Made by a program: the position numbers and the translations under genes. Source: Elusimicrobiota bacterium (GTDB taxonomy: Bacteria > Elusimicrobiota > Elusimicrobia > UBA1565 > UBA9628). From it: DNA of 64,000 bases. The stretch spans positions 1,712-65,711 of the forward strand of contig JACRDS010000143.1 of the NCBI GenBank assembly GCA_016212825.1, read 5' to 3'. Shown in pieces: positions 54,634 through 62,698 of this stretch (within the stretch, counting starts at the first letter, position 1; every line of letters begins with the position of its first letter). The notes beneath the pieces are model-generated. The model saw nothing but the letters and a program-made list of their open reading frames with translations, had not been told where the DNA came from and searched no databases.

Positions 54634-55322
54634 CCCAGACCCCCAGCATCCTCGTCCCGGCCGGGGAGTTTTGGATGGGGTCTCCCGAAGGCGAAGGACA
54701 CGACGACGAACGCCCCCGCCATCGCGTGCGCCTGCGCGCCTTCCTCCTGGACCAGCACCCGGTCACCGCGGCCCGGTTCGTGGAGTTCTGCCGGGCCGCC
54801 GGGCGCCCCTTCCCGGGACAGCCCTCCTGGAGCGGGGACGACCATCCCGTGGTCAACGTGAGCTGGGAAGACGCCCGCGCCTGCTGCGCCTGGGACGGCG
54901 GCCGCCTGCCCACGGAGGCGGAGTGGGAGCGCGCGGCGCGCGCGGGGACGGAGACCCGCTACCCCTTCGGGGACGACGAGAGCCGGCTTGGGGAGCACGC
55001 CTGGTTCCGGGACAACTCCGGCCGGCAGACCCAGCCCGTGGCGCGCAAGGCTCCCAACCCCTTCGGGCTCTACGACATGCTGGGCAACGTGTGGGAGTGG
55101 GTCGCGGATTGGTACGGGCCGGGCTACTACGCGGCCAGCCCGGAGCAGGACCCGCGCGGCCCGGGAGCCGGCTCCTGGCGCGTCATGCGCGGCGGCTCCT
55201 GGAGCCTCTTCGACGTGCTCTGCCGGCCGGCCGCGCGCAACCGACTGGCGCCGAAACTCCGAGGCCTCAATCTGGGCTTCCGTTGCGCGCGGGACGCGGA
55301 GCCCCGCTCCGGCGGGGATTGA
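54630..55322 (+). CDS. FGE-sulfatase (SUMF1-like) domain protein
   Basis: 230 aa. GTG start (GTGA overlap). FWMGS, RLPTEAEWERAAR, LGNVWEWVADWY, RVMRGGSW, LGFRCARD. Confidence 0.85.
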   Translation: MTQTPSILVPAGEFWMGSPEGEGHDDERPRHRVRLRAFLLDQHPVTAARFVEFCRAAGRPFPGQPSWSGDDHPVVNVSWEDARACCAWDGGRLPTEAEWERAARAGTETRYPFGDDESRLGEHAWFRDNSGRQTQPVARKAPNPFGLYDMLGNVWEWVADWYGPGYYAASPEQDPRGPGAGSWRVMRGGSWSLFDVLCRPAARNRLAPKLRGLNLGFRCARDAEPRSGGD

Positions 55323-55983
55323 TCTCCAGGGGGGCCATGGTCTGCTCGCCGGCGCCGAACTCGGGTTCCGGCTCGGAGAGGACGAAGCGGCCTCCGCTCT
55401 TGCGCAGGGTCATGACCCCAGAAGGTCGGCCGTCCACCAGCCAGCCCAGCTCGAGGACCGGGTTGCGCCCGACCCGGCCCGGCAGGGACAGGGCGAAGCG
55501 CCCCGCATCGTCCGCGGTCGCGGTCGAGCCGCTGACCAGATAGCGCGGCGCAAGGTATTCCGGCACCCCGGGCTCCACCAGGCTGCGGCCCTGGAGCGAC
55601 AGCCTCTCCCCGCCCACGCCGCTGCCGGCCCAGCCGGCCAGGCCGCCTTCCAGGTAGACGTCGAACTCGCACACCCGGCGCCAGGGCGCGGCCACGAGGT
55701 CCGCGGGGGCAGCCAGGACGGCCAGGGGCGCCATGAGGATCATGGCGGCCAGTCCAAAGGTCACGGTGCGCAGGTCGGGATCGCGCGAGAAGCTCTCCGC
55801 CGCGGCCTTGCGGTAGCGCAGGCCGATGTCCCGCGTCCACTCCATCCGGAAGGGCCGGCGGCGGCACTCCAGGCCGGTCACAGCGGCGGTGGAGACCACC
55901 ACCCGGGTATTGGAGGTCGGTTCTATGGCCCGGGCGGGGCCGGCGGCCAGGAGAGCCGCCAAAAGCCAGCCCGCGTTCCTCAT
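55267..55983 (-). CDS. hypothetical secreted protein
   Basis: 238 aa from MRNAGWLLAALLAAGPARA. TATCAT box 8 nt upstream of the ATG. Its 3' end overlaps the convergent FGE-like gene by 56 nt. Confidence 0.45.
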   Translation of the reverse strand: MRNAGWLLAALLAAGPARAIEPTSNTRVVVSTAAVTGLECRRRPFRMEWTRDIGLRYRKAAAESFSRDPDLRTVTFGLAAMILMAPLAVLAAPADLVAAPWRRVCEFDVYLEGGLAGWAGSGVGGERLSLQGRSLVEPGVPEYLAPRYLVSGSTATADDAGRFALSLPGRVGRNPVLELGWLVDGRPSGVMTLRKSGGRFVLSEPEPEFGAGEQTMAPLEINPRRSGAPRPARNGSPD

Positions 55984-56047
55984 GGCCCACCATGATAGCA
56001 TTCCGGCTTGTGCTGCGCGCTCTCCCTATGGTTTCATTTCCTTCAGC

Positions 56048-57220
56048 ATGGACATGCGCCGGACGCTGCTGCGGCGGGTCGAGGCCCTCGCCCCGGAGAT
56101 CGCCGGGGTGAGCCGTTTCATCCACTCCCATCCCGAAGAGGGGTTCCGGGAGCGAGCCTGCTCCGAGTTCCTGGCCGCGGCCCTGGCCCACCAGGGCTTC
56201 CGCGTGGAGCGTCCCCTGCGCCGCCTGCCCACGGCCCTGCGCGCCCGGCGTCGCGGCCGGCGCGCCGGGCCGGGCATCGGCTTCATCGCCGAGTACGACG
56301 CCCTGCCCGGCATCGGCCACGGCTGCGGCCACAACCTCATCGCGGCCGCCGCCTTCGGGGCCGCCTCAGCCCTGGCCCCGCTCCTCGACCGGACCGGCGG
56401 CTCCGTCTGGGTGTTCGGGACGCCCGCGGAGGAGTACGGCAGCGGCAAGATCCCCATGCTCCGGGCCCGGCTCTTCGCGCCGGTCGGAGCCGTGCTCATG
56501 GCCCACCCGGAGACTTTCTGGCTGGTGCGCACCTCGGGTCTGGCCCTCGACGCCCTGCGCTTCGAGTTCCGCGGCCGGACCTCGCACGCCGCGGCCACGC
56601 CCTGGGAGGGACGCAACGCCCTCGACGCGGTCATCGGGCTCTTCAACAACGTCTCCGCCCTGCGCCAGCAGCTGCGGCCGGACGTGCGCGTGCACGGCAT
56701 CATCACCAAGGGCGGCGAGGCCCCCAACGTCATCCCGGACCACACCGCGGCGGAGTTCTACGTGCGTGCCCCGCGCCGCCGCGAGCTCGACGAGGTGACC
56801 GCCCGGGTCAAGGCCTGCGCCCGAGCCGCCGCCCTGGCCTCAGGCTGCCGGATGAGCGTCAAGGCCTCCGAGCCGCCTCTCGACGAAATCGTCAACAATC
56901 CGGTCCTCTCCCGCGTGGTGGAGGGCCAGCTCAAGGCCCTGGGCGTCCGGGGCCTGCCCGCCGCCGACCCGGTCCCGGGCTCGGCCGACATCGGCAACGT
57001 GAGCCACCGCGTGCCCACCGCCTACTTCTACTGCCCGGTGGCGCCCGCGGGCCTGGACCTGCACACCCGGGAGTTCGCCCGCCACGCGGGCGGCGACGCG
57101 GCGCAGAAGGCCAACCTGGGGGCGGTCAAGGCCCTGGCCTTGGCCGGGCTGGAGCTGCTGCGCAGACCGTCCTTGGTCCGCGAGGCCCGTCGCGCGCTTC
57201 AGCGCAGCGCCAGCCGGTAG
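56048..57220 (+). CDS. M20-family amidohydrolase (M20D/AbgB-like)
   Basis: 390 aa from MDMRRTLL. SRFIHSHPEEGFRE, GHGCGHNLIAAA, GTPAEE. Confidence 0.85.
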   Translation: MDMRRTLLRRVEALAPEIAGVSRFIHSHPEEGFRERACSEFLAAALAHQGFRVERPLRRLPTALRARRRGRRAGPGIGFIAEYDALPGIGHGCGHNLIAAAAFGAASALAPLLDRTGGSVWVFGTPAEEYGSGKIPMLRARLFAPVGAVLMAHPETFWLVRTSGLALDALRFEFRGRTSHAAATPWEGRNALDAVIGLFNNVSALRQQLRPDVRVHGIITKGGEAPNVIPDHTAAEFYVRAPRRRELDEVTARVKACARAAALASGCRMSVKASEPPLDEIVNNPVLSRVVEGQLKALGVRGLPAADPVPGSADIGNVSHRVPTAYFYCPVAPAGLDLHTREFARHAGGDAAQKANLGAVKALALAGLELLRRPSLVREARRALQRSASR

Positions 57221-58104
57221 GACTTGACCCGGAAGGCGGGCCGGTAGGAGAGCTTGGCCTTGGCCAGGCCGGGGTCGCCCATGTCGCTCTCCTTATTGAG
57301 GAAGGTCACCCCGGAAAAGAGCCCGCGGGCGCATTCCCGGTCCAGGTACTGGTAAAGGCCCTTGACCTGGTCCGAGGCCTTCTCGAAGTGGAGGACCCAG
57401 GTGTCGTCCTTGAGCCGGGAGCCGATGCCGAAGCCCCTGACCGCCCCGTCGATGGAGACCAGCAGCCCCTGGAGCTCCAGAAGGGCGAAGTTCTTGAGCG
57501 CCTTCATGATGGCCTGGCGCTCGCATTCCAGCAGGCCGCTCCATTGCTGGCTCCCGCGTTCGGCGCGCCAGCCCTCCAGGCAGGCCAGGCACTGGCCGGC
57601 GTTGGCCTCGGCGATGGGCTCGACCTTCACCCGGCCGGGTTCCAGGCATTCCCTCTCGAACTGGCGCACCAGGTTGCGCTTCTTGGCGTAGTCGCGGCCG
57701 GGGAGCTCGGCGAGGTGGGCCGAGATGTAGACGTAGTCCTCGTATTCGGTCTCCTCGGCGACCGTGAAGAGCTTCTCCGCCTCCGCCCCGAAGCCGTCGA
57801 GGTAGGTCTGCGGCACGAGATGGTATTCCTGGAAGCCCCCGGCCAGGGCCTGCTCCTTGAGCCAGGCCGGCGGCTTGGGGCCGTTGGGGCAGACGGGCAG
57901 GAGCAAGTGCCTGCGCTCCGGGTCGTCCATGCGCCGCTCGCCGACGAGGAGCGCGTCGCCCACGACGGCGAAGACCGTGTCGAAGATGCACTGGCTCCAG
58001 GAGACGAGGGATGCCAAGGAGTAGGCCGAGAGCGGCTGGCTCTGGGCGGCGAAGTAGGGCTTGAGCGCGGGGTAATGCTCCGGCTTGAGCAGGTCGAAGT
58101 CCAT
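57199..58104 (-). CDS. DUF2156 (MprF C-terminal, aminoacyl-lipid-synthase-like) domain protein
   Basis: 301 aa from MDFDLLKPEHYPALKPYF. DYAKKRNLVRQFER... and ...GLAKAKLSYRP resemble the lysyl-PG synthase C-terminal domain family. Confidence 0.7.
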   Translation of the reverse strand: MDFDLLKPEHYPALKPYFAAQSQPLSAYSLASLVSWSQCIFDTVFAVVGDALLVGERRMDDPERRHLLLPVCPNGPKPPAWLKEQALAGGFQEYHLVPQTYLDGFGAEAEKLFTVAEETEYEDYVYISAHLAELPGRDYAKKRNLVRQFERECLEPGRVKVEPIAEANAGQCLACLEGWRAERGSQQWSGLLECERQAIMKALKNFALLELQGLLVSIDGAVRGFGIGSRLKDDTWVLHFEKASDQVKGLYQYLDRECARGLFSGVTFLNKESDMGDPGLAKAKLSYRPAFRVKSYRLALR

Positions 58105-58109
58105 GCCCC

Positions 58110-58520
58110 TCAGGCCTGGAACCGCATGGGCTCGTGCCCCGACATCTTCCGGAAGCCCCGGCCCTCGTAGAAAGGCCGCGTCCCGCCGACCGCGACGAGG
58201 CCGACCCAGCCCAGCCCGTCTATGCGCAGGCGCAGGGCCAGGCGCCGGACCAGCTCGGCGCCCACGCCGCGCCCCCGGAGGCCGGGCCGCACGAACACGT
58301 CCTGGATGTAGCCGTCGTTGGTCCGGTCGCTGATGGCGCGGCCCATGCCGACCAGCCGCCGGCCCGAGCGCGCGACCAAGAAGCAGTGGCTGCCCATCAC
58401 CATGCGGCAGACCCGCTGCGGGGTGTCGCCCGGCTCCCACCAGCCCGCGGCCTTGTAGAGGCCGGCGATCCCCTTGAGCGCGGCGGCATCCGGCCGCCAG
58501 ACCCACTCATATCGGATCAT
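58110..58520 (-). CDS. GNAT acetyltransferase
   Basis: 136 aa. VFVRPGLRGRGVGAELV acetyl-CoA-binding loop, FYEGRGF. Confidence 0.8.
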   Translation of the reverse strand: MIRYEWVWRPDAAALKGIAGLYKAAGWWEPGDTPQRVCRMVMGSHCFLVARSGRRLVGMGRAISDRTNDGYIQDVFVRPGLRGRGVGAELVRRLALRLRIDGLGWVGLVAVGGTRPFYEGRGFRKMSGHEPMRFQA

Positions 58521-58556
58521 CTGGCCCCCAGTTTAGCAATTTGGTAGATTGAGGCC

Positions 58557-59045
58557 ATGAGCCAGATTGCGGTCTATCCGGGAAGCTTCGACCCCCTCAC
58601 CAAGGGCCACCTCGACATCGTCCAGCGCGCCTGCCGCCTCTTCGACCACGTCATCGTGGCCGTGTCCAACAACGCGGCCAAGAAGGCCACCTTCAGCGTG
58701 GCCGAGCGCATCCAGATGGTGGAGGCCTCCATCCGGGACCTGCCCAACGCGGACGTGGACACCTTCGCGGGCCTGCTGGTCGACTACCTCAAGGCCAAGA
58801 AGTCGCGCCTGCTCATCCGCGGCCTGCGCGCCGTGTCGGACATGGAGTACGAGTTCCAGCTGGCGGACATGAACCGCCGGCTCTACCGCGAGGTGGAGAC
58901 GGTCTTCCTGATGCCGGACGAGCAGTACACGTACCTCTCTTCCTCCGTGGTCAAGGAAGTCTGCCAGCGCGGCGCGTCCGTGGACGCCTTCGTCCCGCCC
59001 CCGGTGGCGCGCATGATGCGCCGCCGGTTCGGCTCCAAACGATAG
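58557..59045 (+). CDS. coaD: phosphopantetheine adenylyltransferase
   Basis: 162 aa. AVYPGSFDPLTKGHLDIV, LIRGLRAVSDMEYE, ISSS-like YLSSSVVKEV. TAGATT box 6 nt upstream of the ATG. Confidence 0.95.
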   Translation: MSQIAVYPGSFDPLTKGHLDIVQRACRLFDHVIVAVSNNAAKKATFSVAERIQMVEASIRDLPNADVDTFAGLLVDYLKAKKSRLLIRGLRAVSDMEYEFQLADMNRRLYREVETVFLMPDEQYTYLSSSVVKEVCQRGASVDAFVPPPVARMMRRRFGSKR

Positions 59046-59920
59046 TGCGCACGCCCCTCTCCTCCCTTGTCGCGGCCCTGACCCTGGCCCTGTGCGCCTC
59101 CCTGGTCCTGGTCTACTTCAACGCGCGCCACAAGGGCATCGCCATCCGCATGGGCGCCGGCGGCCGGCCGGCCCTGACGCCGCCGCCGCCGGCCGCCCCC
59201 CCGCCGGAGGCGCTGGTCCCGCCCGTCACCAACGAGCAGCTCCACGCCAGGCTCCAGGCGGAGACTTCCCAGCTGGGCATCCGGCGCTTCGTGGCGCGCG
59301 GCGAGCGGACGGACGACGAGCCCCGCTCCGAAGGCTTCCTGGGCCGGCGTCTGGGCCGGCCCGAGACCCGGGCCCAGGCCGAGACCGCCATCCGCGAGAT
59401 ATCCCGCCTGCGCCGCTCCGTGGACGCCGATAAGAAGAAGCCCGTGCCCCTCTCCGGGAAGGTCGTCCCGGTCCTGTCCGAGCCGCAGGCCGGAGGCGCC
59501 GCGGTGGAAGCGGAGCCGGCGGCTCCGGCCCCTCGTCCGGCGGCCCCGTCCGCGCCCAAGCAGACCTCGTCGGCGGGCTACTGGACGGGTCTCTACGGAG
59601 GGGCGGAGGAAGGCACCCTGACCATCTCGGACGCCAAGGCCTGGCAAAGCCTTTGGGCGCGCCTCTCCCGCGACCCGGTCCCGGACGTGGATTTCGCCCG
59701 CCGGCAGGTGGTGGGAGTCTTCCTGGGCCCCCGCCCCACGGGCGGGTTCCACGTGGAGATCTCCACGCAGGTGACCCCCCTCCCCGCAGCGGTCGTGGTC
59801 CGCTACGAGACGACCGCCCCGGCCCAGGGGCATACCCCGCCCGAGGGGGGCACCGCCCCCTCCGCCCTGCGCGCCATCGAGAAGACCTCCCTGCCGGTGC
59901 GCTTCGAGAAGGGCAGATGA
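59045..59920 (+). CDS. membrane-anchored protein with a PrcB_C-like C-terminal domain
   Basis: 291 aa. GTG start sharing 1 nt with the coaD TAG. N-terminal TM helix, Pro-rich linker, then C-terminal VVGVFLGPRPTGGFHVEIS....VVVRYE...P. Confidence 0.55.
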   Translation: MRTPLSSLVAALTLALCASLVLVYFNARHKGIAIRMGAGGRPALTPPPPAAPPPEALVPPVTNEQLHARLQAETSQLGIRRFVARGERTDDEPRSEGFLGRRLGRPETRAQAETAIREISRLRRSVDADKKKPVPLSGKVVPVLSEPQAGGAAVEAEPAAPAPRPAAPSAPKQTSSAGYWTGLYGGAEEGTLTISDAKAWQSLWARLSRDPVPDVDFARRQVVGVFLGPRPTGGFHVEISTQVTPLPAAVVVRYETTAPAQGHTPPEGGTAPSALRAIEKTSLPVRFEKGR

Positions 59921-60555
59921 CCACCCCCTCCGGGGGCTGCGGACCCATGCCCACCGTCGCCTATCCGTTCAAGAAAGGCCTTTACCTCAATATCACCAAC
60001 CGCTGCCCCACGGCCTGCCGCTTCTGCATCAAGCGCATCCTCAAGTGGCGCTTCGAGCGCTGGGATTTCCGGCTCAGGGGCGAGCCTACGACCGCCCAGA
60101 TCCTCGCGGCCAGTGCGGCCGCAGCCGGCCGCCGGAGCTTCGCGGAAGTCGTGTTCTGCGGCTACGGCGAGAGCACCTACCGCCTGCCTGACCTGCCCGA
60201 GCTCTGCCGCGGCCTGCGCCGCCAGCAGGCGGGAGCGCGCCTGCGGCTCAACACCATCGGGCTGGGGAGCCTCATCTGGGGCCGGGACATCGCCCCGGAG
60301 CTGGCCGGCCTCATCGACGCGGCGGCCGTGAGCCTCAACACCGCGGATCCGGAGCAATGGCTGGCTATCCACACGCCGCTCAAACCCTTCCGCGCCCGGG
60401 GCTACGAGAGCGTGCTGGGCTTCATCCGCTCCTGCGTGGCGGCGGGGCTGGAGACCACGGTGACCGCGGTGAAGCTGCCGGGCACGGACCTGCCTGCGGT
60501 GCGCCGGCTGGCCTCCTCCCTGGGCGCCTCCTTCCGATCCCGGCCCGCCCTGTGA
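59917..60555 (+). CDS. radical SAM protein, TatD-associated type
   Basis: 212 aa. LNITNRCPTACRFC (CxxxCxxC). ATGA overlap with the upstream stop. Confidence 0.75.
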   Translation: MTTPSGGCGPMPTVAYPFKKGLYLNITNRCPTACRFCIKRILKWRFERWDFRLRGEPTTAQILAASAAAAGRRSFAEVVFCGYGESTYRLPDLPELCRGLRRQQAGARLRLNTIGLGSLIWGRDIAPELAGLIDAAAVSLNTADPEQWLAIHTPLKPFRARGYESVLGFIRSCVAAGLETTVTAVKLPGTDLPAVRRLASSLGASFRSRPAL

Positions 60556-61361
60556 ACGGCGAAACACGGCCGGGCGCCCTGGCGGATTCCTTCGACCTGG
60601 CCGCGGAGGTGGGATTCTATTTCCTCTTCTCCCTGTTCCCCTTCATCCTCTTCCTCATGACCATGATGCGCTACCTGCCCCTGCACGCGGACCCGGGGCG
60701 CCTCATGGCCGTGGGCCGGGATTTCCTGCCGGACTCCATCTACGCCCTCATCATCCCGCCGGCGGTGAAGACCTTGGTCTCGCCCAAGGGTCGCCTGGCC
60801 CTGCCGGCCCTGCTGGCCTGCCTCTGGACCGCCTCGGCCGCGGTCTCCTCGCTCATGAGCGCGGTGCGTCGCATCAACGGCGAACCAGTCTCCCTGGGCC
60901 GGTACTGGAAGGCCAAGCTCCTGTCTTTGTTCTTCACCGTGGTCTTCGGCGCGCTCCTCTCCATCGCGCTCTTCCTGATCTTCCTCGGGCCCTGGCTCCA
61001 CGAGACCCTGAGCTCGCATCTGGGCTTCGCCGTGTTCTGGCGCGCGGTCCTCATCACGGCGCGCTGGGCCATGGTGCTCTTCCTGATGCTGCTGACCGTC
61101 AGCGCGGTCTACCGCTTCGCGCCGGGCGCGCGCACGGGCCCGCGCTGGACCTCGCCCGGCGCCCTGGCGGCGGTGGCGGGCTGGGTTCTGGCCTCCAAAG
61201 CCTTCGCCCTGTACATGGCGTATTCGGGCCGCATGAACGCCTTCTACGGGAGCCTGGCCACGCTCCTGGCTCTGATGAGCTGGCTCTACCTGATGGCCCT
61301 GATGGTGCTCCTGGGCGCTTGGCTCGACAGCCGCCTCGCGCCCCCCGCCTCACTAGAGTAA
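60552..61361 (+). CDS. YihY/BrkB-family membrane protein
   Basis: 269 aa. GTG start (GTGA overlap). GFYFLFSLFPFILFL, YRFAP......W....GA, YGSLATLLALMSWLY. Confidence 0.8.
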   Translation: MNGETRPGALADSFDLAAEVGFYFLFSLFPFILFLMTMMRYLPLHADPGRLMAVGRDFLPDSIYALIIPPAVKTLVSPKGRLALPALLACLWTASAAVSSLMSAVRRINGEPVSLGRYWKAKLLSLFFTVVFGALLSIALFLIFLGPWLHETLSSHLGFAVFWRAVLITARWAMVLFLMLLTVSAVYRFAPGARTGPRWTSPGALAAVAGWVLASKAFALYMAYSGRMNAFYGSLATLLALMSWLYLMALMVLLGAWLDSRLAPPASLE

Positions 61362-61378
61362 CGCGGGCGTCCGGCCCC

Positions 61379-62689
61379 TCACCCCGCCTTGCGCCGGACC
61401 TTGAGGGTCAGTCCCTCCGCGGACTCCACCCTCACCGCGGTCCCGGCCGGGATGGTCCCCTCCAGGCTCTCGGCCTTCCACAGCTCGCCGCCCAAGGCCA
61501 CCTTGCCGGCCGGGCTGAGTTCCGTGTCCGCCGTGCCGGCTTGACCGACGAGCCCCTCGGCCCCGGTCTTGGAGCGTTTCCGGAACGCGCTCGTGGCGAT
61601 GGCGATCAGGCCGCCCACCAGCACCACCAGCGTGCCCAGCGTGCTGGCGATGACGCCCCAGGACACGCTGATGCCTCCCCCGCTGTTGCGGAAGAGCATC
61701 AAGGTCCCGAAGAGCACGGACGCGGTCGCGGTCACGGCCAGCAGGCCGTAGCTATGCACCTTGAGCTCCAGCACGTAGAGGACGAGCCCCAGCAGGATGA
61801 GCAGCACACCCGCGAAGCTCGCGGACAGGGTCTGGAAGGAATAGAAGGCCATGATGAGGGAGACCGCGCCCACGATGCCGGGCAGGATGAGGCCCGGGCT
61901 GTACAGTTCGATCAGGAGACCGGAGACCCCCAGGGTCATGAGGATCATCGCGATGTTCGGGTCGGCGATCGCGGCCAGGAGCTTCTGCCGGGCCGTCATC
62001 TCGAAGCGCACCACCTTGGCGCCCTTGGTGCGCAGGGGCCGGCCCTTGAAATCCGCCAGCTCCCGGCCGTCCACGGCCGCGAGCAGTTCCTCGAGGCCCT
62101 TGGCCTCCAGGTCCACCACATGCTCGCGCACGGCTGCGGAGGAGACGATGGAGGTGCTCTTGGTCACGCCCTCGAAGGCCCACTGGATGTTGCGGCCCCG
62201 GCGGCCGGCGATGGCCTGCAGGTAGGCCGCTGCGTCGTTGACCACCTTGCCTTCCATGACCTCGTCCCTCTTGGGCTCCTTGTCCTTGCCCGGCGCACCG
62301 GGCATGCCGCCGATCTGGACCGGGTGGGCGGCCCCGATGTTGGTCCCCGGGGCCATGGCCGCCACGTGCGCGGCCATGGTGATGAACACTCCCGCCGACG
62401 CGGCTCGGGCCCCGGACGGGGCCACGAAAACGATGACCGGGACCTCGGAGGAGAGGATGGCCTTGACGATGCCGCGCATGGAGAGGTCCAGGCCGCCCGG
62501 AGTGTCGAGTTCTATGACCAGGGCCCCGCAGCGCCTCTGCCCCGCCGCCGTCACCGCCCCCTCCAGATACTCCGCGGCCGCGGGATTGATGACCCCCGCA
62601 TAAGAGGCCACCAAGACGTCGGGCGGCGCGGGCAAGGGCGCGGCGAAGGCTATCCCGGAGAGCAGCGCCAGGGCGGCGGTCTTGAGCAT
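61379..62689 (-). CDS. NfeD-family membrane-bound ClpP-class serine protease
   Basis: 436 aa. INPAAAEYL, LDTPGG, ASAGVFI. Central TM bundle and a C-terminal OB-fold tail (GKVALGGELWKA). Confidence 0.85.
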   Translation of the reverse strand: MLKTAALALLSGIAFAAPLPAPPDVLVASYAGVINPAAAEYLEGAVTAAGQRRCGALVIELDTPGGLDLSMRGIVKAILSSEVPVIVFVAPSGARAASAGVFITMAAHVAAMAPGTNIGAAHPVQIGGMPGAPGKDKEPKRDEVMEGKVVNDAAAYLQAIAGRRGRNIQWAFEGVTKSTSIVSSAAVREHVVDLEAKGLEELLAAVDGRELADFKGRPLRTKGAKVVRFEMTARQKLLAAIADPNIAMILMTLGVSGLLIELYSPGLILPGIVGAVSLIMAFYSFQTLSASFAGVLLILLGLVLYVLELKVHSYGLLAVTATASVLFGTLMLFRNSGGGISVSWGVIASTLGTLVVLVGGLIAIATSAFRKRSKTGAEGLVGQAGTADTELSPAGKVALGGELWKAESLEGTIPAGTAVRVESAEGLTLKVRRKAG

Positions 62690-62698
62690 AGGGACTCC

